Positions 42,301-57,100 of a stretch of DNA of 64,000 nucleotides are shown here, in pieces. The translations under genes were made by a program, and so were the position numbers. The notes beneath the pieces were generated by a model that worked only from the letters and a program-made list of their open reading frames with translations, was not told where the DNA came from and searched no databases. The first letter of the stretch is position 1. Every line of letters begins with the position of its first letter. Source of the stretch: Chrysomallon squamiferum (Eukaryota > Animalia > Mollusca); assembly GCA_012295275.1 (NCBI GenBank), contig CM022670.1, positions 30,876,001 to 30,940,000 of the forward strand, written 5' to 3'.

Positions 42301-43333
42301 TATGTTAATAATTCAGAATCCCATCACTGACATTATATAATTTATACAGAACAATAAAGATATTTAAAAATAATAATAATAATAACAATTATAATAATTA
42401 AAGAAGAAAAATCATCATCATTAGATCACTTGTTTCAGAAAACAAATAAGCCATGCATTAGGAAATTACTTTGTCATGCGAAATAAAAACTAATTCTATA
42501 TAGTTATTTGGGGGTTTGATTACTTCCTGCTCATAACAACCAGCTGCAGGATGTAAAATTATGTTTTTTTTATATTGTTTTCAGTTTCAAAAAGAAGAAA
42601 TGTTTCATTTAAAAACATATTTAACATATTCTTTGAATACATATACTGTCACAGACAATACACCTTAAGCGAGGAAACCTGCTTCTGTTTTTCTTTGAAC
42701 TACTTAATAAGCAGCAAGGAATCTTTTATATGTACCTTCCCATAAACTAACCATAGCCTTTAATAAGCTAGAACCACATTTTTCATGTTTTTGACTGGAA
42801 CACCATAAAGATAGTATTTTATATGAGGGACAATACTGAATTTATTTCAATAGGTTTTTTTCAGTCCAAATGAGAAATCTATTAATGTGATCTATTTTTA
42901 ATTAATTTATTTATTTTATTTTATTTTATTTTTGTTTTTATTATTATTTATTATTATTATTTTTTATTTTTTATTTATTTTATTATTATTATTTTTTATT
43001 ATAAAGACAGTGTCTAAATTGATAAAAATACATATCTAAATATATATGAAACTCTGATGTATGAAGACATGAAGTTAAATTTACAAATTAATTAAAACAT
43101 ACATATAATGATATATACTTACTTTTAACCTCCTCATTTGGGACATAATCATTTCTTGAGACAACAATTTTGAAAGGTGAAGGTATCACTTGAGGTTCAA
43201 CATTATCAGGAACATTGTCTGGCATCAGATCCAGACATTTACAACAGCTGGTTGTGTCCTCCACTGGGTTGTAACACAATGCCAGCTGCAGGACAGACAG
43301 AACAACAGACAACACAATTTGACTTGAGATCAT
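34849..43333 (-). CDS. FRRS1: Ferric-chelate reductase 1 (FRRS1/SDR2-like): signal peptide, Reeler, DOMON, cytochrome b561; 15 coding exons, 612 aa
   Basis: Exons 43333-43123, 41727-41570, 40882-40794, 40256-40151, 39881-39681, 39281-39180, 38954-38789, 38582-38460, 37789-37674, 37539-37453, 36993-36925, 36653-36554, 36113-35967, 35524-35454, 34941-34849 join into one open frame of 1839 nt. Motifs: Reeler end W-T-S-P...IQFRATFV...FW; CGKTKGC linker; DOMON YIAVGLS..MGDD..EC; b561 KAHACLMIMAW, WFLGHF, KAHPILG, RPVFNWFHW (four heme histidines). Confidence 0.93.
38245..38415 (-). mobile_element. Second terminal fragment of the same DNA-transposon family, in an FRRS1 intron
   Basis: Reverse complement starts GGGTCGTTCCATGTCAAATC and matches 22069 onward. 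Confidence 0.7.
39325..39415. repeat. Compound microsatellite (TAAA)n-(TAAG)n-(CAAG)n
   Basis: Directly visible stepwise tetranucleotide array. Confidence 0.95.
41753..41839. repeat. Short direct duplication (about 39 nt) next to an FRRS1 acceptor
   Basis: TTTAAAAATTATGAGTTAATAAATAAAAAGTAAGTAAGA occurs twice. Confidence 0.85.
42650..42790 (-). mobile_element. Decayed SINE copy (same family)
   Basis: GAGGAAACCTGCT...AGCAGCAAGGAATCTTTTATATGTACCTTCCCATA is shared with 49950-50030. Confidence 0.55.
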
Positions 43334-43449
43334 CTTGGATCTTTGATTCCTACTTGTCTTCTAAACAGGATCTGAATAAAAATTAAAAAAATAAATACGT
43401 ATATGTGTTATTATATGAAATTCATATAAATGTTTGTTTTCTTAAATAG

Positions 43450-43503
<54 letters not shown>

Positions 43504-44958
43504 TTTTTTTTTTTTTTATTATTATCATTCTGAGTAATAACTTATTTGGAATTCCTTTAAGCTGACTGGAAAAAAGAAAGATCTGTAATGTATATGAATA
43601 TAGAAAACTGAAATATTGATACTATTAAAAGAAAAAGATGAAAAACAACACAGCTGACTGAAAAAAGAAAAAACCCAATAAAAACAACAACAACAACAAC
43701 AACAAAATATTAAATTAAATGTGCTTGGTGTGTGTCTGGCAAGATATCATGTATTTTGTCATGCTCTCTCTCACTGAGAAAAATGTTGAATGTTCAGTAT
43801 ACAGAGGAATCATAACAAAAATGTTCACCAGTAAGTTACAATATGTATTATAAATACATATACATTTTAAAAAACATTTAAATTGCTCTTTTAAAAAAGC
43901 TAGTTTGTTCATTTCTATGTATCTTACATATGGTATAATTTTTCTCTGTCATGTTCTTATAGATAGCATTCTCTATTTTTAAAATATCTGCAACAAGAAC
44001 TGTTTGTTTAACCTAAGTCAGCAAGCAAGAAGCAAGACAGATATTAACAAGAAACATATGGTGTCTGTCTAAATGTTCTGGCAATCTATTCTTTTTTTAT
44101 TTGGTTTTCTTTGTACAAGGTGACCAGGAAATTCAAGAATCTTTCTGTGTTCCAACTGAACTGTGGCAACAATTAACAATTTGTTTTCAAACTCTTTTTT
44201 TTTAATTCTCTCTCTTTTATTGTAAATAATTTTATTTAATTATTTATTTATTTATTATTATTAATTGTTGTTATTGTTGTATTATTATTATTATTATTAT
44301 TATAAAACTCTGGGACCAAGAGATGTCTTTGTTTTAATTTTTCTATTATCTTGAATATTTTTGTGTATTTATTTTATTTCAGTATTAAACATTTACACAT
44401 TATTTCTTAATTGTATAAATGTACTGTTTATATTTTATAACTTTTCTGAGTTATTTAACATTTAAAGATACTACTAATAATATATTCTGTTAGAAAATAT
44501 CAAAAAAAAAACACAAATAAAATGTTATGCTTATGAACTTTCTCTCAAAATGATACAAGGCAACACACTGAAGCAATAATGTTTATCTGCCAATGCACAT
44601 TAGCTTCAATTTACAAATAGGAGCATGGTTATTTGAAAAGGTGCAACTGATTTTAAAGTTGATGTAAACATTCTAGATAAATTCACAAAACAACACTCAT
44701 ATACTAATGTTATTATGAAAATGTATGTGTGCATATGTGTGTATATTTGTATTATGTATATGTGTACTGATTGTGTGTGTATGTGTGTGTGTGTGTGTGT
44801 GTGAGAGAGCAAGAAAGACTTTAAGACTGTATGTATGCAATTGTGAATATATGCATATTTTGAAACAAATTAGTCCTTGTAGTTTACTTATTGAAGCTTA
44901 ATGAATCAGTTTTAAATATAAATATGTATACTGTTACAATTTGTTATTTAACATTATA

Positions 44959-45460
44959 CAGTATACCCTCACCTGTTCGCGGTTCCCCATTCGCGGCCCC
45001 GCATATTCGCGGGTTAGGCTCTTAACCCTATCGCATCGTATGCTGGTATACCAGGCTAGCGTCATAACGTCATAAAAACAAATGCTCGGTAAACCGCACA
45101 AACAATATCAAATTTTTTCAGTTATTATTGCAATACAGTACGTATTTTTTTATAAATGCATACACTGTATGTACAGTGCATATTTTTTGTGACCGTGTAT
45201 TAATAATGTTTTTAATTGCATATTATTACTGAATTGTATTATTATTACCTGAACTGTGCGTACTGTATTTATCTGTCTGTTTGCCTTTAAATTTGTTCCA
45301 CTTTCTGTCAATTCTAATACAAATGTTGTACGCACAGAAAATGACTTTACGGTACAGTAATACAGTATGGGTAACTATGCTATGCGGTGTTACTGTCCTC
45401 CTGTACAGAACATAACCCCCGGTAAAGAACGTAACCCCCGCGAATAGCGACGGAATACTG
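44959..45460. mobile_element. Tc1/mariner-pogo (Tigger-like) MITE, relatively young
   Basis: TA|CAGTATACCCTCACCTGTTCGCGG ... CCGCGAATAGCGACGGAATACTG|TA: imperfect TIRs, TA TSD and many retained CpGs. Confidence 0.85.
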
Positions 45461-46215
45461 TATTTTTCTATTCATCCTGTATGCTACTGCTTTAATATAT
45501 AAAAAAGAAATAATAATGTGAACATATCCTTTTATCTATGTTATACACTTTATTATATTCTATGACCCAGGTTAGGATAAAACAGCAAAAAAAAAGTGGT
45601 ATTTTGTTTTTATTATCTGCGTAAAATTACATTGTATCCATCTTTGAACTGTATATGCTATGAACCTATTTAAAACAAAAATTTGTTATAATAATTTAAT
45701 ACTGTCTACATTTATGAAACTTACAATTTTTCTAATACATAATAAAAAAAATAAAAAAAATGATATTAATTTAATATAAGCCAGCATAGTTAACTAAATT
45801 ACAATTCTGTAATATTATTTAACATTTTATAATTCTAGAAACTCTTAACCTATTTAAAACATTAATTACTATCAAATTACACCAAGTCAATCTTTTTATC
45901 TACATTACTCTTTCTATAATCTATAATAATATGGCATTAAACCATTCCAGAAAGTTTTACCATGATGATATAATTCTGGTCTGAAATAATAGGTCTACAC
46001 CAGTAACAAGTTTTGTGAGTAACAGAAATGCCACTGTCAGAGTGATGCTGAACAAAAGTGCTATTCTCAGAACATGGAGCATTTTGTTACTTAATCATGT
46101 TAATGGCTCAAGCTGGTCTGACTGGAATAACAGAACTTATTGTAAGTGTTGCATACAGTGAGTAAAACAGATCATTGTTAAATGTACATCTTTTTGAATG
46201 TCAGTATAATATATT

Positions 46216-46221
<6 letters not shown>

Positions 46222-46295
<74 letters not shown>
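46222..46295. repeat. (ATT)n microsatellite (similar tracts at about 19532, 29203, 34623, 43452, 60647)
   Basis: Directly visible. Confidence 0.95.
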
Positions 46296-46296
<1 letters not shown>

Positions 46297-48095
46297 AAAA
46301 TTAAAAAAATATTATGTTTTGTCATCTATATTTTAATATTTGTATATTTTTAGCCATAATTTATGCCATAAACAGAATAAGAAAGAACTCTATTCAGTTA
46401 CTATGTTGTGGCCTTCTTCATATGTATACAATCCAGTAATTGCCTAATTTGCCTAGTACTCTTTTAGTATTAGTAGTAATTGTTATCATATTTCATTCAG
46501 GTTCACTAAATGGTAATTTTAAAGACATGGTTTGTTAAATTCCAATAAGAAACTTTTGTTTCAAATGACCATTATATTCTTGCAATAGTAAACAAGTTAT
46601 TAATTAAAAATAAATGATTTTATATGGAAATGTTCTAGAAGGGTAAAGTCTAGATGTAATCGTTACCTAAACTGTAAAATGAATAAATGAATGTCATAGC
46701 TCATTTTGTGTAATGACTCAATACAATTTGAATATGTCATGGTTAAGTAATTGTTAGGGCTAGTCAACCTAAATAAAATTTGTTACATTGATGTTCACAT
46801 AGAGAGGAAAGTCCATTCGGCCTTCAATAAATAATGTGTAAACTAGTTAAAATGATGATGATGATGATGATATATATAAGATGGCATTTTAAATTGAATT
46901 GAACATGTTGTAAAATATCCATATAATAAAGAAACAGATATGAAATCTGAATTTCTGTAATAAATTACAATACTTCTACAAACTGTTATTCCATTTGTTT
47001 ATTTATTTATTATTAAAGAATTACTGAAGTATAAATTGTATTATTTCAGATAGAGTTAATATGTAATATCTTATTAAATACACAGGAGCCACTGTTATTA
47101 TTCATAGGATGAATTATGTAATTCAGCAGACTGATTCAAGCAAGAATAGGTTTCTTATTAATAAAATCATTTGACTATCCTTTCCCACAGAAATATAAAT
47201 AATATATACCTGTTAATAGTGTTATATACTTTCACAGTAACAAAAATCATACATACATATATTCCGTTACATATACATTGTACATATTAGAAAAACTTAA
47301 TTTATAATTTATTAATAATTAATTAGATAATAATAATAATAATAATAATAATTTTACTAGTTCTGCTATTTCCACTAGTAGTACGAATAACAACAATATT
47401 ATTACAACTACTGGCTATTACTGATAATAATAATATTATTACTATTATTACTACTTCTAATAATAATGATGATGAATTATAAAACAGACCAACAAATTAT
47501 TAAAAAAAAAAAAACTTCCAAAAGAGCAAGAAATGATGGAAGAACTATTCATTTATATTTAGTGTCAGATTTAAAAAAGTGAAATTTCATTTTTTTTAAA
47601 TATGGCAGAACCAAATATGGTTTCAGGATAAACAATAATATTTTATATAAGTTGTAAATATCAAATCTTTATATGTATATACCCATGACAATTCAAATCC
47701 ATCATCAAATAAATATTTTAAAACAGAAATAAATATTCTCTACATTTTCAAACACTAATTAATACAATGTAGTTAACTTTGAATAAGACTTTCATGAAGT
47801 AAGTTTTTAATATTTACATTCACTGCAGAAAATATGAAATTAAAACTTTTTGCCAAATAATGGTAGTTTCATAAAGAATGACTAACCACTGGCTTATCAC
47901 CTGTTAGTGTTACATCTTAAAAAACGTAAAATTAAATGAAACCCATCTGTACTTTTTCAAACATGAGCTCACCTCATTTAAAAAGAACTTATTCTCGTAA
48001 TTTCCTTCGTACAGGTAGGTATTCAATGAACCTGTACCAAGTCAGAATACTTAGAAACTTTGAAATACACTTAAGTATACATACAACACACTCAC

Positions 48096-48400
48096 CAAAC
48101 GAGTTCCCATCCCTAATTCATAGGAAATTCCTCACAGATAAACAAGTGCATACACTCACTGAGGAATAAACTATGATTTACAGAAACAGAAAACTATCAG
48201 CCATGACCTACCGTGGATCACTGAATGCAAAATGAAAAACAAAAAGTAACTCCTATTTTCTGAACTTCAGGCAACTTTTATCACTTTAGTTTTCTCTTTC
48301 CATCTTTTACAACAGTGGCAGGATTGGATTTCACGTCCAAATATGGCACAGTGACCCCTGGCTGTGACCTTTGTGAGAAGCACTGATGATATAAATAGCT
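48096..48400 (-). promoter_or_regulatory. Candidate non-coding first exon and promoter of FRRS1
   Basis: The FRRS1 ATG exon is preceded by an acceptor (AG at 43373-43372), so a 5' UTR exon must lie upstream. There is a strong donor TTG|GTGAGT at 48095, a few retained CpGs, and AGGTCA/GGGTCA half-sites at about 48352-48370. Confidence 0.4.
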
Positions 48401-49258
48401 ACCAAGTAAAGCAAGTAGCTTCCCCCCCCCACATACAAGAGGCCCTGAATGGGCATATGCAAAGCGGTTATCAAATCGAAACCCACATATTATAAAGTAT
48501 ATGGTGGTGTCAGGATGAAAGATTATTATTAAAGAACATATATTAATTTAATCATGCCATCTGATAAAAACAAAGGTTCTTTATACAAATAATTATATAT
48601 CAGTATATAACTGAAACTGGTAAGTATGGAAGATTAATTTTAAAGAGTAAATATATTTGGTTTTATTTATGTCACTTTCAATGTATGATGAACAAGCAGA
48701 AAAATGTTGTCTTTTTACTAATAATATATTAATGAATTTTGAAATGTTCAGGTTAATGTAACTCACAAGCTGGCACAAATGAAACAAATAATAAAAGTTC
48801 TAAACTGGATTTTATTCCTGTTAACTGTTAAAGCCAAATGTTTAGCCTAAATAATAAATTAATGAAGGAGAGAAATGGCACTGAGAAAATTTGGAAAAAA
48901 TGTCACCTGAAATAAAAATATTATCACTTTTTTACATTTAGTTATTGGTAGTAAGTGGTGCTGCTTACAAAAACAATTCATAATTTCAAAAACTACACAA
49001 ATTCGATCACGATTTTATCTTTAACTCCTCTAGATCATTGTGCCATTTTTTCCTATACCCATATTAGACTCAGGTGTTTCATTTCAGGAATTATATAAAT
49101 AAATAAGAAGAAAATGAAAAAGAAAAAGATGTAGGATAATAAGAACAGTATCAACAATGGATCACTATCATATGTAATAGACCCAGGTGTTTCATTTCAG
49201 GCATTAAGAAGAAAAAATAAGAAGAAAAAAGAAGAAGAAGCAAAAATAATAATAATAA

Positions 49259-49289
<31 letters not shown>

Positions 49290-49574
49290 AAGAAAAAGAA
49301 GAAAAAGAAGACAATGAACAACAAAAAGTTTAGCCTTTATAGTAGTTACATAAAAAAGGTGACTGACCAACATTCTTCTCATCTATTCAACTGGCATTTT
49401 CAAAGACTTGATTGTTCATTATATAAATAACAGTTCATTGTGATCATTTAAAAAATATTCCCATTCTTTTGAATTATCTACTGTATACAAAATAATCGTA
49501 AATTGTTTATATTAGTCATTGTAATGTATATAATTTATTTATTTATTATTATTTTTTTTTTTTTTTTTTATTTT

Positions 49575-49575
49575 T

Positions 49576-49648
<73 letters not shown>

Positions 49649-49700
49649 TTTATTTTTATTTTTTTATTTATTTATTTATTTTTTTATTTATTTATTTATT
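49575..49700. repeat. (ATTT)n microsatellite
   Basis: Directly visible. Confidence 0.9.
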
Positions 49701-49889
49701 ATTATTTTTATTATTTTTCAATATTTCATTAATCTGCCTAATAGTTTTTAAAATGTACCAGGCACCTAGCACATGCATGTTCTGACACTTTAAGTATTTT
49801 ATTGGCCATCAGTGGTACCACCTATATCAAAATCTTAAATCAGAACTTGAATCAAATCCTGATTATTATTTTTCATTATGATGTTTAAT

Positions 49890-50030
49890 CAACATTAATA
49901 CTAATGGTCATATCATTTAAATTTCTTTCATCTGATGACAGTGATTTGAAAGAGGAAACCTGCTAGAGACATTAAGTGGGCTACTCCTACTGAATCCTAC
50001 AAAGGGATTTTTTTATATGTTCCTTCCCAT
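49890..50030 (-). mobile_element. Decayed SINE copy (same family)
   Basis: AGAGGAAACCTGCT...GGGCTACTC...AAGGGATTTTTTATATGTTCCTTCCCATA. Confidence 0.55.
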
Positions 50031-51693
50031 ATTCAATTAAAAAGACTGAGTTTTGGCACATTTATCATGGAATGAAGATGTATAAAAGAAGAAATTATCC
50101 AGTGGGCATAATAAGGTACATAGACCTTATTAAATAAATTTTAAATCACCAGTTAGCAATAATATGTTTACATATACAATTTCTTTGTCAGTTTATCACT
50201 TTCTTGTATGACAATTTTCTATAACATAATAAAATTTTATGATCCCTATTATCACCTTTCAGCTGAAGTTTCATTTTCAATACTAAGTGTTGTGTCCTTA
50301 TAACAACTAGTTTCTACAATTCATTTATAACAAAAGGGGTAAAACATGTGATATGCTTGACTGGTCAATCCAGGTCAACCGCCTCCATACTGAATCAATC
50401 CCTAGAATTCAGTCACCATGCATTGAAAAGTTCCGACAAAGAATGTCAGTCTCATTTAGTTACCCCATTCAAAATAGTGACAAACATCTGCTGTATAAAA
50501 TTAGGATAACCAACCCATTTATTCATATATAAATTCTGTACTTTCTATAGGTGCAGCTTATCATAAAACTGAGTGCATTAAGTAATGACAATTATTACAA
50601 TATTATGCATTATTATAAATAACTTAAAATGGTTATTTACAATGAAATGTTATTTATCTTTGTCTACTTTAAATACATTTCGAGTATAATTGAGACTATA
50701 TTAGTTTTAATTAATTTTAAAATCACACTGTGTTCGTTTTATAGATTTTTTTGATTTTTTTATTATTATTATTTTTTTTATGAAATATGCTGTAAAATAT
50801 TTAACAAATACATAGAAAACAACCAACAGTCAGGAGGCTCAGGTTGGTCTAGAAATAATTCAAAAAGTCCTGCAAAATGAATTGATCTTGAGATCCATCT
50901 CATAACAACCTAGCATTCTTAACCACTAATCTACAGCATACTTGCTGTTTATGTATATCTTGCTCACTTGTTAATCGTGTTTGTGTTAAGCTAGTTTGCT
51001 AGATAAATTAATATTCATTACAGAAATGATCTTGATAATCTTTGATATTCAAAGAAGTATTAACTGTAAAATAGCTTTATATAAACATGTGTGAAGCATT
51101 TCTTTTTACATGTAAAGTTATAAGAATATGAACTAGAATATAAAAAAGATCAAGTATGGTTGTTAAATAGGTAGATTCTACTGATACTTTAAGTAATAGC
51201 CATTTATGGCAAATTTGCTTAATATAAAACAACAAATACAGCTAATACATGAATTTCCATTGTAATGTGAATACTTTTAATTTTTAATTTTTTTGTTTTA
51301 AATATTAGAGCTGAATATTTTTTCCATGGTCAGTTTTAAATTGAAATTTAAATAATAAAAAGATGAAGATAAAAACAATAAATGAACAGCCATGTACAAA
51401 TTATATTTGAGTTATTTAGTTCTCAGATTTCTGTGTTGCAAAGCTGGACATACAGGAACTTCCACAGCATGTTTCACATATAAAATATTTGTACTTGTTA
51501 TCATTCAGTGTCATGTTATCATATGGCTCTCAACACAGAAAAACATGTAATGGCATTATAAACTTCAAATAAAAAAAAATACTGGTAAAAAATAAAAATA
51601 TATAAGTTTCAAAAAGTATTCAGAGATATTTTTGGGGGAAGAAAATCACTTTTTTATCAGTATAAACAGATCTCAAGTGAAAAAGGTGACAGA

Positions 51694-51729
<36 letters not shown>

Positions 51730-52614
51730 GCGTGTGCGTGCAGCAAAATAGAAGATCACCTAATTCCAATACAGATTTTCACCTAAGTGAAAATGACAAA
51801 TTTAGTGGCAGAAAAATACCTAACAGGTGTTACAAGATCTTAAAGTTTAACATAGGTAAATTCTATATTCCTAAACTGCTAAAGCTTGCAAATTCCAAGG
51901 AATTGTATTATACATTTTGCATTATTATAAATGAACCACTGAATGAAAAACTAATAAAGTTAACATATTAATTAAAATCTACATAAACAGGAATAAAAGC
52001 GTCTGGTTTTAAGCCAATAGCAGAAATGCATTCATGCAGAAACACACATTTGCTTCATTGACCTAGAACTGTAATGATGAGTCACTGCTATACATCCAGT
52101 TTACAAAAATCAACTTCAGACACAAGCATACATGTTATGTTACTAAACATTAAATAATATGGATTGCTAAGTTCTACACCAGAATTAAATAAAATATATT
52201 TACCTCAATCACTGGACTACATCATCCAAATACTACTTTTCAGCAAAGTGTTATTAAATCTTTGTTGGTATAGAGAAAATAGTAAGGGCAGACAACTGAC
52301 TGAAAGAGGCCTTATAAAGGTTCATTTATACAACTTCTGTAAGTACCCATGAAACTTACCATTTACCAAATTAAAAATCTGTAGTTGTATAAATATTAGA
52401 AACACAGTGAATCTCCTTTTGCCCTTTGAAGCTCAAGTAGACTGGTCGTATATAAATATCATTAAAATTAGTTTAATAAAAAACAAATTCTATATGCAAT
52501 TCACTTTGCATCATGTGGTTTCAGAATATTTATAAAATGTTGATACATTTTTAATAATCTCTTAAATATGCCAATATTCCTGTACATATTAATGATAATA
52601 TGCATTTAATAGCA

Positions 52615-53295
52615 TATAGAGTATGACCAGGAGACACAATATCACCCAAGCTGTTTTGTAACATCACCTGAGAAACCAAATCATAGGCTAGCTGAGTACT
52701 TCAGTCACTTCGTTTCACTGATACAATCCTATGCAAATACACTGTGCAAACTACAATAAATACTATTGAAGTTAGTTGATGAAACTGATAAACGAGGACT
52801 GACAATAAATAAAGGTCAAAGACATCCCAATACAATCATCAACAAGCTGATGGAGAATGTTGAAAGCTATATCTGTCAGGGACAAAAATACAGCACCAGT
52901 GATAAAAGGAGATGCAAATCTGCATGAAGACTGACATATACAACTTGTGCATGTCCAGCAACAGCACATGATATGGAAACATGGACACTAATTAAGCAGG
53001 CAAAGAATAAGCTAGCAGCAACATAATGCTGGATAGAAGTATTATGTTACTTATCAGGACTGAAACCAAACATCTATGTAAAAGAAATGGTCAATTTTGA
53101 AGATAGAAATGGACAGGGTATATCAGCAGAATACAAGATAATCAATGGACATCATGAATCACTGGTTGGAAATTACCAACAGGATGACCAGTCAGACAAC
53201 TGAGGATAAACTGGATGAATACTGGAAATAACTATATAACAGAAGACAACACAAGGCAGGGTGATTTGTAAACAACATGGTTAGGCTTTTGATGA
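52615..53295 (+). mobile_element. Decayed RTE-clade LINE 3' portion (reverse transcriptase C-terminal half)
   Basis: Frameshifted remnants in the expected order: RV*PGDTISPKLF (GVRQGDTISPKLF), LRFTDTI (LRFADDI), ENVESYICQGQ, ETWTLIKQAKNKLAAT, KWTGYISRIQDNQWTS*ITGW. Confidence 0.8.
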
Positions 53296-54183
53296 TTATT
53301 TTTAAATCAAACATGCATAAGCAGCCCAAATGTTTCAGTCCAAACTTTTTCCATTTAAAGCCAGTAAGTTTTAATTAAAATAGAACAGTGATGAATTTAA
53401 TATAAAATTTAATAGTATCAAATATATTCTTATTTAATAATAATAATATCCTTATTATTATATAAACAGGATTTTAATTCATCTAGATTTAAAGAATTTC
53501 TGAAAGAAATTATATAGATTAACAATATGCTTTAAAAACAAATCACAAAACAAATTTAAAATGTTTAATATAACATTATTAAATGTTTTAGCAACGGCAG
53601 GAACAATGCAAGTTAAGTAAGTTTACATTAATTTTATATAATATTTCAGGATTAATATAAAATGTATTTTGCATACAAAACCAATTTCTGAATATGGAAG
53701 GATTAAGTCTCAGTAAACTAATCTTATGTAGTGGATACCACTCCTCAACTATGATACTTCTAATGTATGCTTTGAATGCACATGTAGCTTGTTTTTTTTT
53801 TGTGTTTTTTTGTATTTGTTTTACTAGCTCTTATTATGTGTGTAATAATATTTCATAAACTACTGACTTCATAACATTCTGGCTAATATACAATATCTAG
53901 TTTGCAAGAACTACACATAATGAACAAATACAGAACAATAATTTTGCTAACAAAATATATTGTTAAATATAAAAAGAAGTGATGTATGTTAAATCTAATG
54001 TTAAATCTGCAACAAGATGTAATAATTAAAATCTTGTTTTATGTTTCAATTTGGATTTAATTTAATAATCACTTTTAAATCACAGCACAAGAGTATAACA
54101 AATCACAATCACTATTTTTTTTAATTTAATAGAGAAAAACAACAAGAAAATTTCAGAAAAATAAACTGGCTGTAGAGATGTCT

Positions 54184-57100
54184 TTATTTTTTTTCCACAT
54201 AGATGTCCTGTTTCCATAGAAACTCCTCTTGGTATTTATTTCCAATATCACAGTTTTCCTTACAGGTGTAGATACAAAGAGTTCCCCAGTCAATACTGTT
54301 ACCTAGACTGTCCACTCCAAGATGCCACAGAAGTTGAGGCAGAACCTGAAATAGAAATTTAAAAACATGTTAACAGCATCTCAGTACAAAAAGTACAACT
54401 GACTGTTGAATAATCTGGAATATAATAAATAAGTAATTTTTTTTTTTTTTGATTTGCAGTATTTTTTTTATCTCCATTTACTAAAACACTAGAATATTAA
54501 TTTCTTAAAAAAAAAAAAAAAAAAAAAATCTATTAACAAAATTAAAAACTTATAAACAACAAGAAGATGTTCAGACATATTCTACCTTATTTTTAGGAAA
54601 GTTTATCTCCAGGTTTAAAAACAATATATAAAATAAAAATAAGTACATTTTACAGTTAACTTCAGCTTTCTTAATGTAGAAATGTGACATTTAATAAATT
54701 TGCCTAAAATTTGGAAGAGTTGTAAACTCACTTAACACAAATTTTTAAACATGGGCAGATTTTAACTGTTAGCAAAAACAACTGACATTTGAATGTAAAT
54801 TTAATTTTGTATTTTTCCAACCTGAAATTCAAATTCCCTTTCTGCTCCACAAGGACATTTTGGAATGCTGTCTGGTTTGTTGTGTGCTGATATCCACAAT
54901 GGTTCTCCTCCCCTGTCATATCGCAGAACCTAAATATAAATAAATAAATAAATAAATAAATAGAAAATAAAGTATATAAGATGACAAGAGAAAACAAGTT
55001 CTATGTTTATTTCTGGATATTTAATCCAGAAAATATAATAAATGTTAAAAGTAAACCAGCAAGTAAATATACTGTAAATTAATCTTTATGAGTAGAAAAG
55101 GTAAATATCATCTGAGTATTTAAATTATCTCAGTTGCTTTATAAATAAAATATTTTAAAATTAAATATATTGGGAAACTTCAGTAAAATCTTTAAAATAC
55201 ATCTTTCAAATTAACAGAAATGGATCAATTCAATAAACTTAAAAGACATTACCTGATCGCTATCAGCTGATATCCTGGCCTTGAAAGTAGCAAATTGTTT
55301 TGAGTCTTCTGTATCAGCAGTAGCCATCAATTCCAGATCATCTTCAACTTTTCCTTTGACCATTGTTTGTACTGATTTCAGAAATTCATGGTATTCCTTC
55401 AGTCTTTCTTCTTCACTTTTCTCTCTATTGTTTTCTTCCCATTCCTCTGGTTCTGTTATAAGTTCAGCCTCAGGAAACAGAAATGCATTTGTCTGCAGTT
55501 CCAAGTCTTCTAAGAGATAAAAACAAAATGTACATGTATCATTATATCATATATGTATATATATGTATATGTGTGTGTGTGAGTGTGTGTGTGTGTGAGT
55601 GTGTGTGTGTTTGTAATATATAATATATATACAGGGATCCTCGATGTATATTGTCCTCGACATGTACTGTTTCAACTTTACAGCAGTAATCCCATAAATA
55701 TATATATTTTTTAAATTTCATCTTGAAAGAACGCAACATAAAAATCAAATATCATGGGTGAACTTGTTTTCATGGGTGAATATGCAGCATTTGTTTGGGA
55801 GTGGCAGCGTCACTTGGGTCCCAGCATACACTATTTGGGTAATTCTGCCTTGCATTGAAAATTGCTGTATGTCGGTCCATAGGAATGGATCTTTGATGTA
55901 ACTTGAAGACCCCCTGTGTTTATATCTATATATGTGTGTATTTATATATAAAATAAGTAAATAACCAAAGAGCATGTGTTAGAGTAGATATAAGCTAATT
56001 TTATGAATGTATAACACCTTACTATATTTTAATAGCAAGTGATTTTTGCTACTGATCTATTTCCAAACCTTGCAAGAAGCCTGTTCACATTTTTCTTGAT
56101 GAAAAATTGTTCTTGGTGGCACTATCCAAATCAAAAAGAAAACGTAGAGACAAAAGATATGAAGCTGTTATTGAGACTAACAATTTTTTGCACTCTTAAA
56201 CATGTTACTGAAATTATATGCTTTGTATATATGACACACTAAGTGTACTCTTCCAAATAATTGAGGTTTTATTTTTATTTTTATTTATTTACTTCTTTTT
56301 TTTATTTTTTTTATTTCCTTTTTTACTGGTGATTTTGCTATGTTACATTTTGCAGTTCCTTGAAGTGATTTATTTTCATCAGTGTCTTGTAATCAAATAA
56401 TATTATATAACGTGTTGATTAACTTTGGACATCTCCATAGTTTCCAGTAGAAAGAATTTAATTACACAGTTCACTAATTCAGACATATTATTGGTTCATG
56501 ACACCAGTAAGAGATGTTGTTTTACTTTGCTGTCAAAATTTTGTTGCAGTGATACTCATCATACTGGATCAGTATCTTGAAGAATGCAGTAAATTCCAGG
56601 GATGTTCTTCTTTTTATTTAATTGGCAAGACCAGTGCAATTTGCAATTCTCCACATGTCTGAAAATTACCTCTGATAATAAACCTTATTATAAATCGTTC
56701 TCAGAACATCTAGTTTCATAAGTTTACATTAAGTATTTTTTCCAAGTATTTTGTTCATTTTGAACAATGACTGCAAGAAACAGTATTTAAATATCTTTGT
56801 TATTGTAATGCAAGAAAAAAAAGGAGAAGAAATGAGATAAAGAAAAAACGAAAACAAATAAACTTTAAAAAATAAAAATAAAATAAAAAAAGTGAACAAA
56901 ATTTATACTACTACTAATAAAAATTTGTGTTGTCCCACCAGTTACGATAATTCATGTATGTTTCATGCCAGCTGAGAAAAAATTATAAATATTAATATGG
57001 GATTCCTGTCTTGATCTTCAAAAAATAGTAATGTAATAATTTATAATAATAATAATAAATTTATATAACAAATAAATGAATGAAATTTGAATTGAAACAG

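Noticed and set aside
33900-48300. Iron-responsive element (CAGUGN loop) in FRRS1 UTRs
   Set aside because: Minus-strand CAGTG hexamers near 34256, 34336, 48157 and 48219 lack the 5-bp upper stem and C bulge.
56479-56562. Box C/D snoRNA-like ATGATGA...CTGA on the minus strand in PDCD2 intron 1
   Set aside because: Terminal stem is poor and I recognise no rRNA/snRNA antisense element. Such boxes arise by chance in AT-rich DNA; snoscan/Infernal would be needed.
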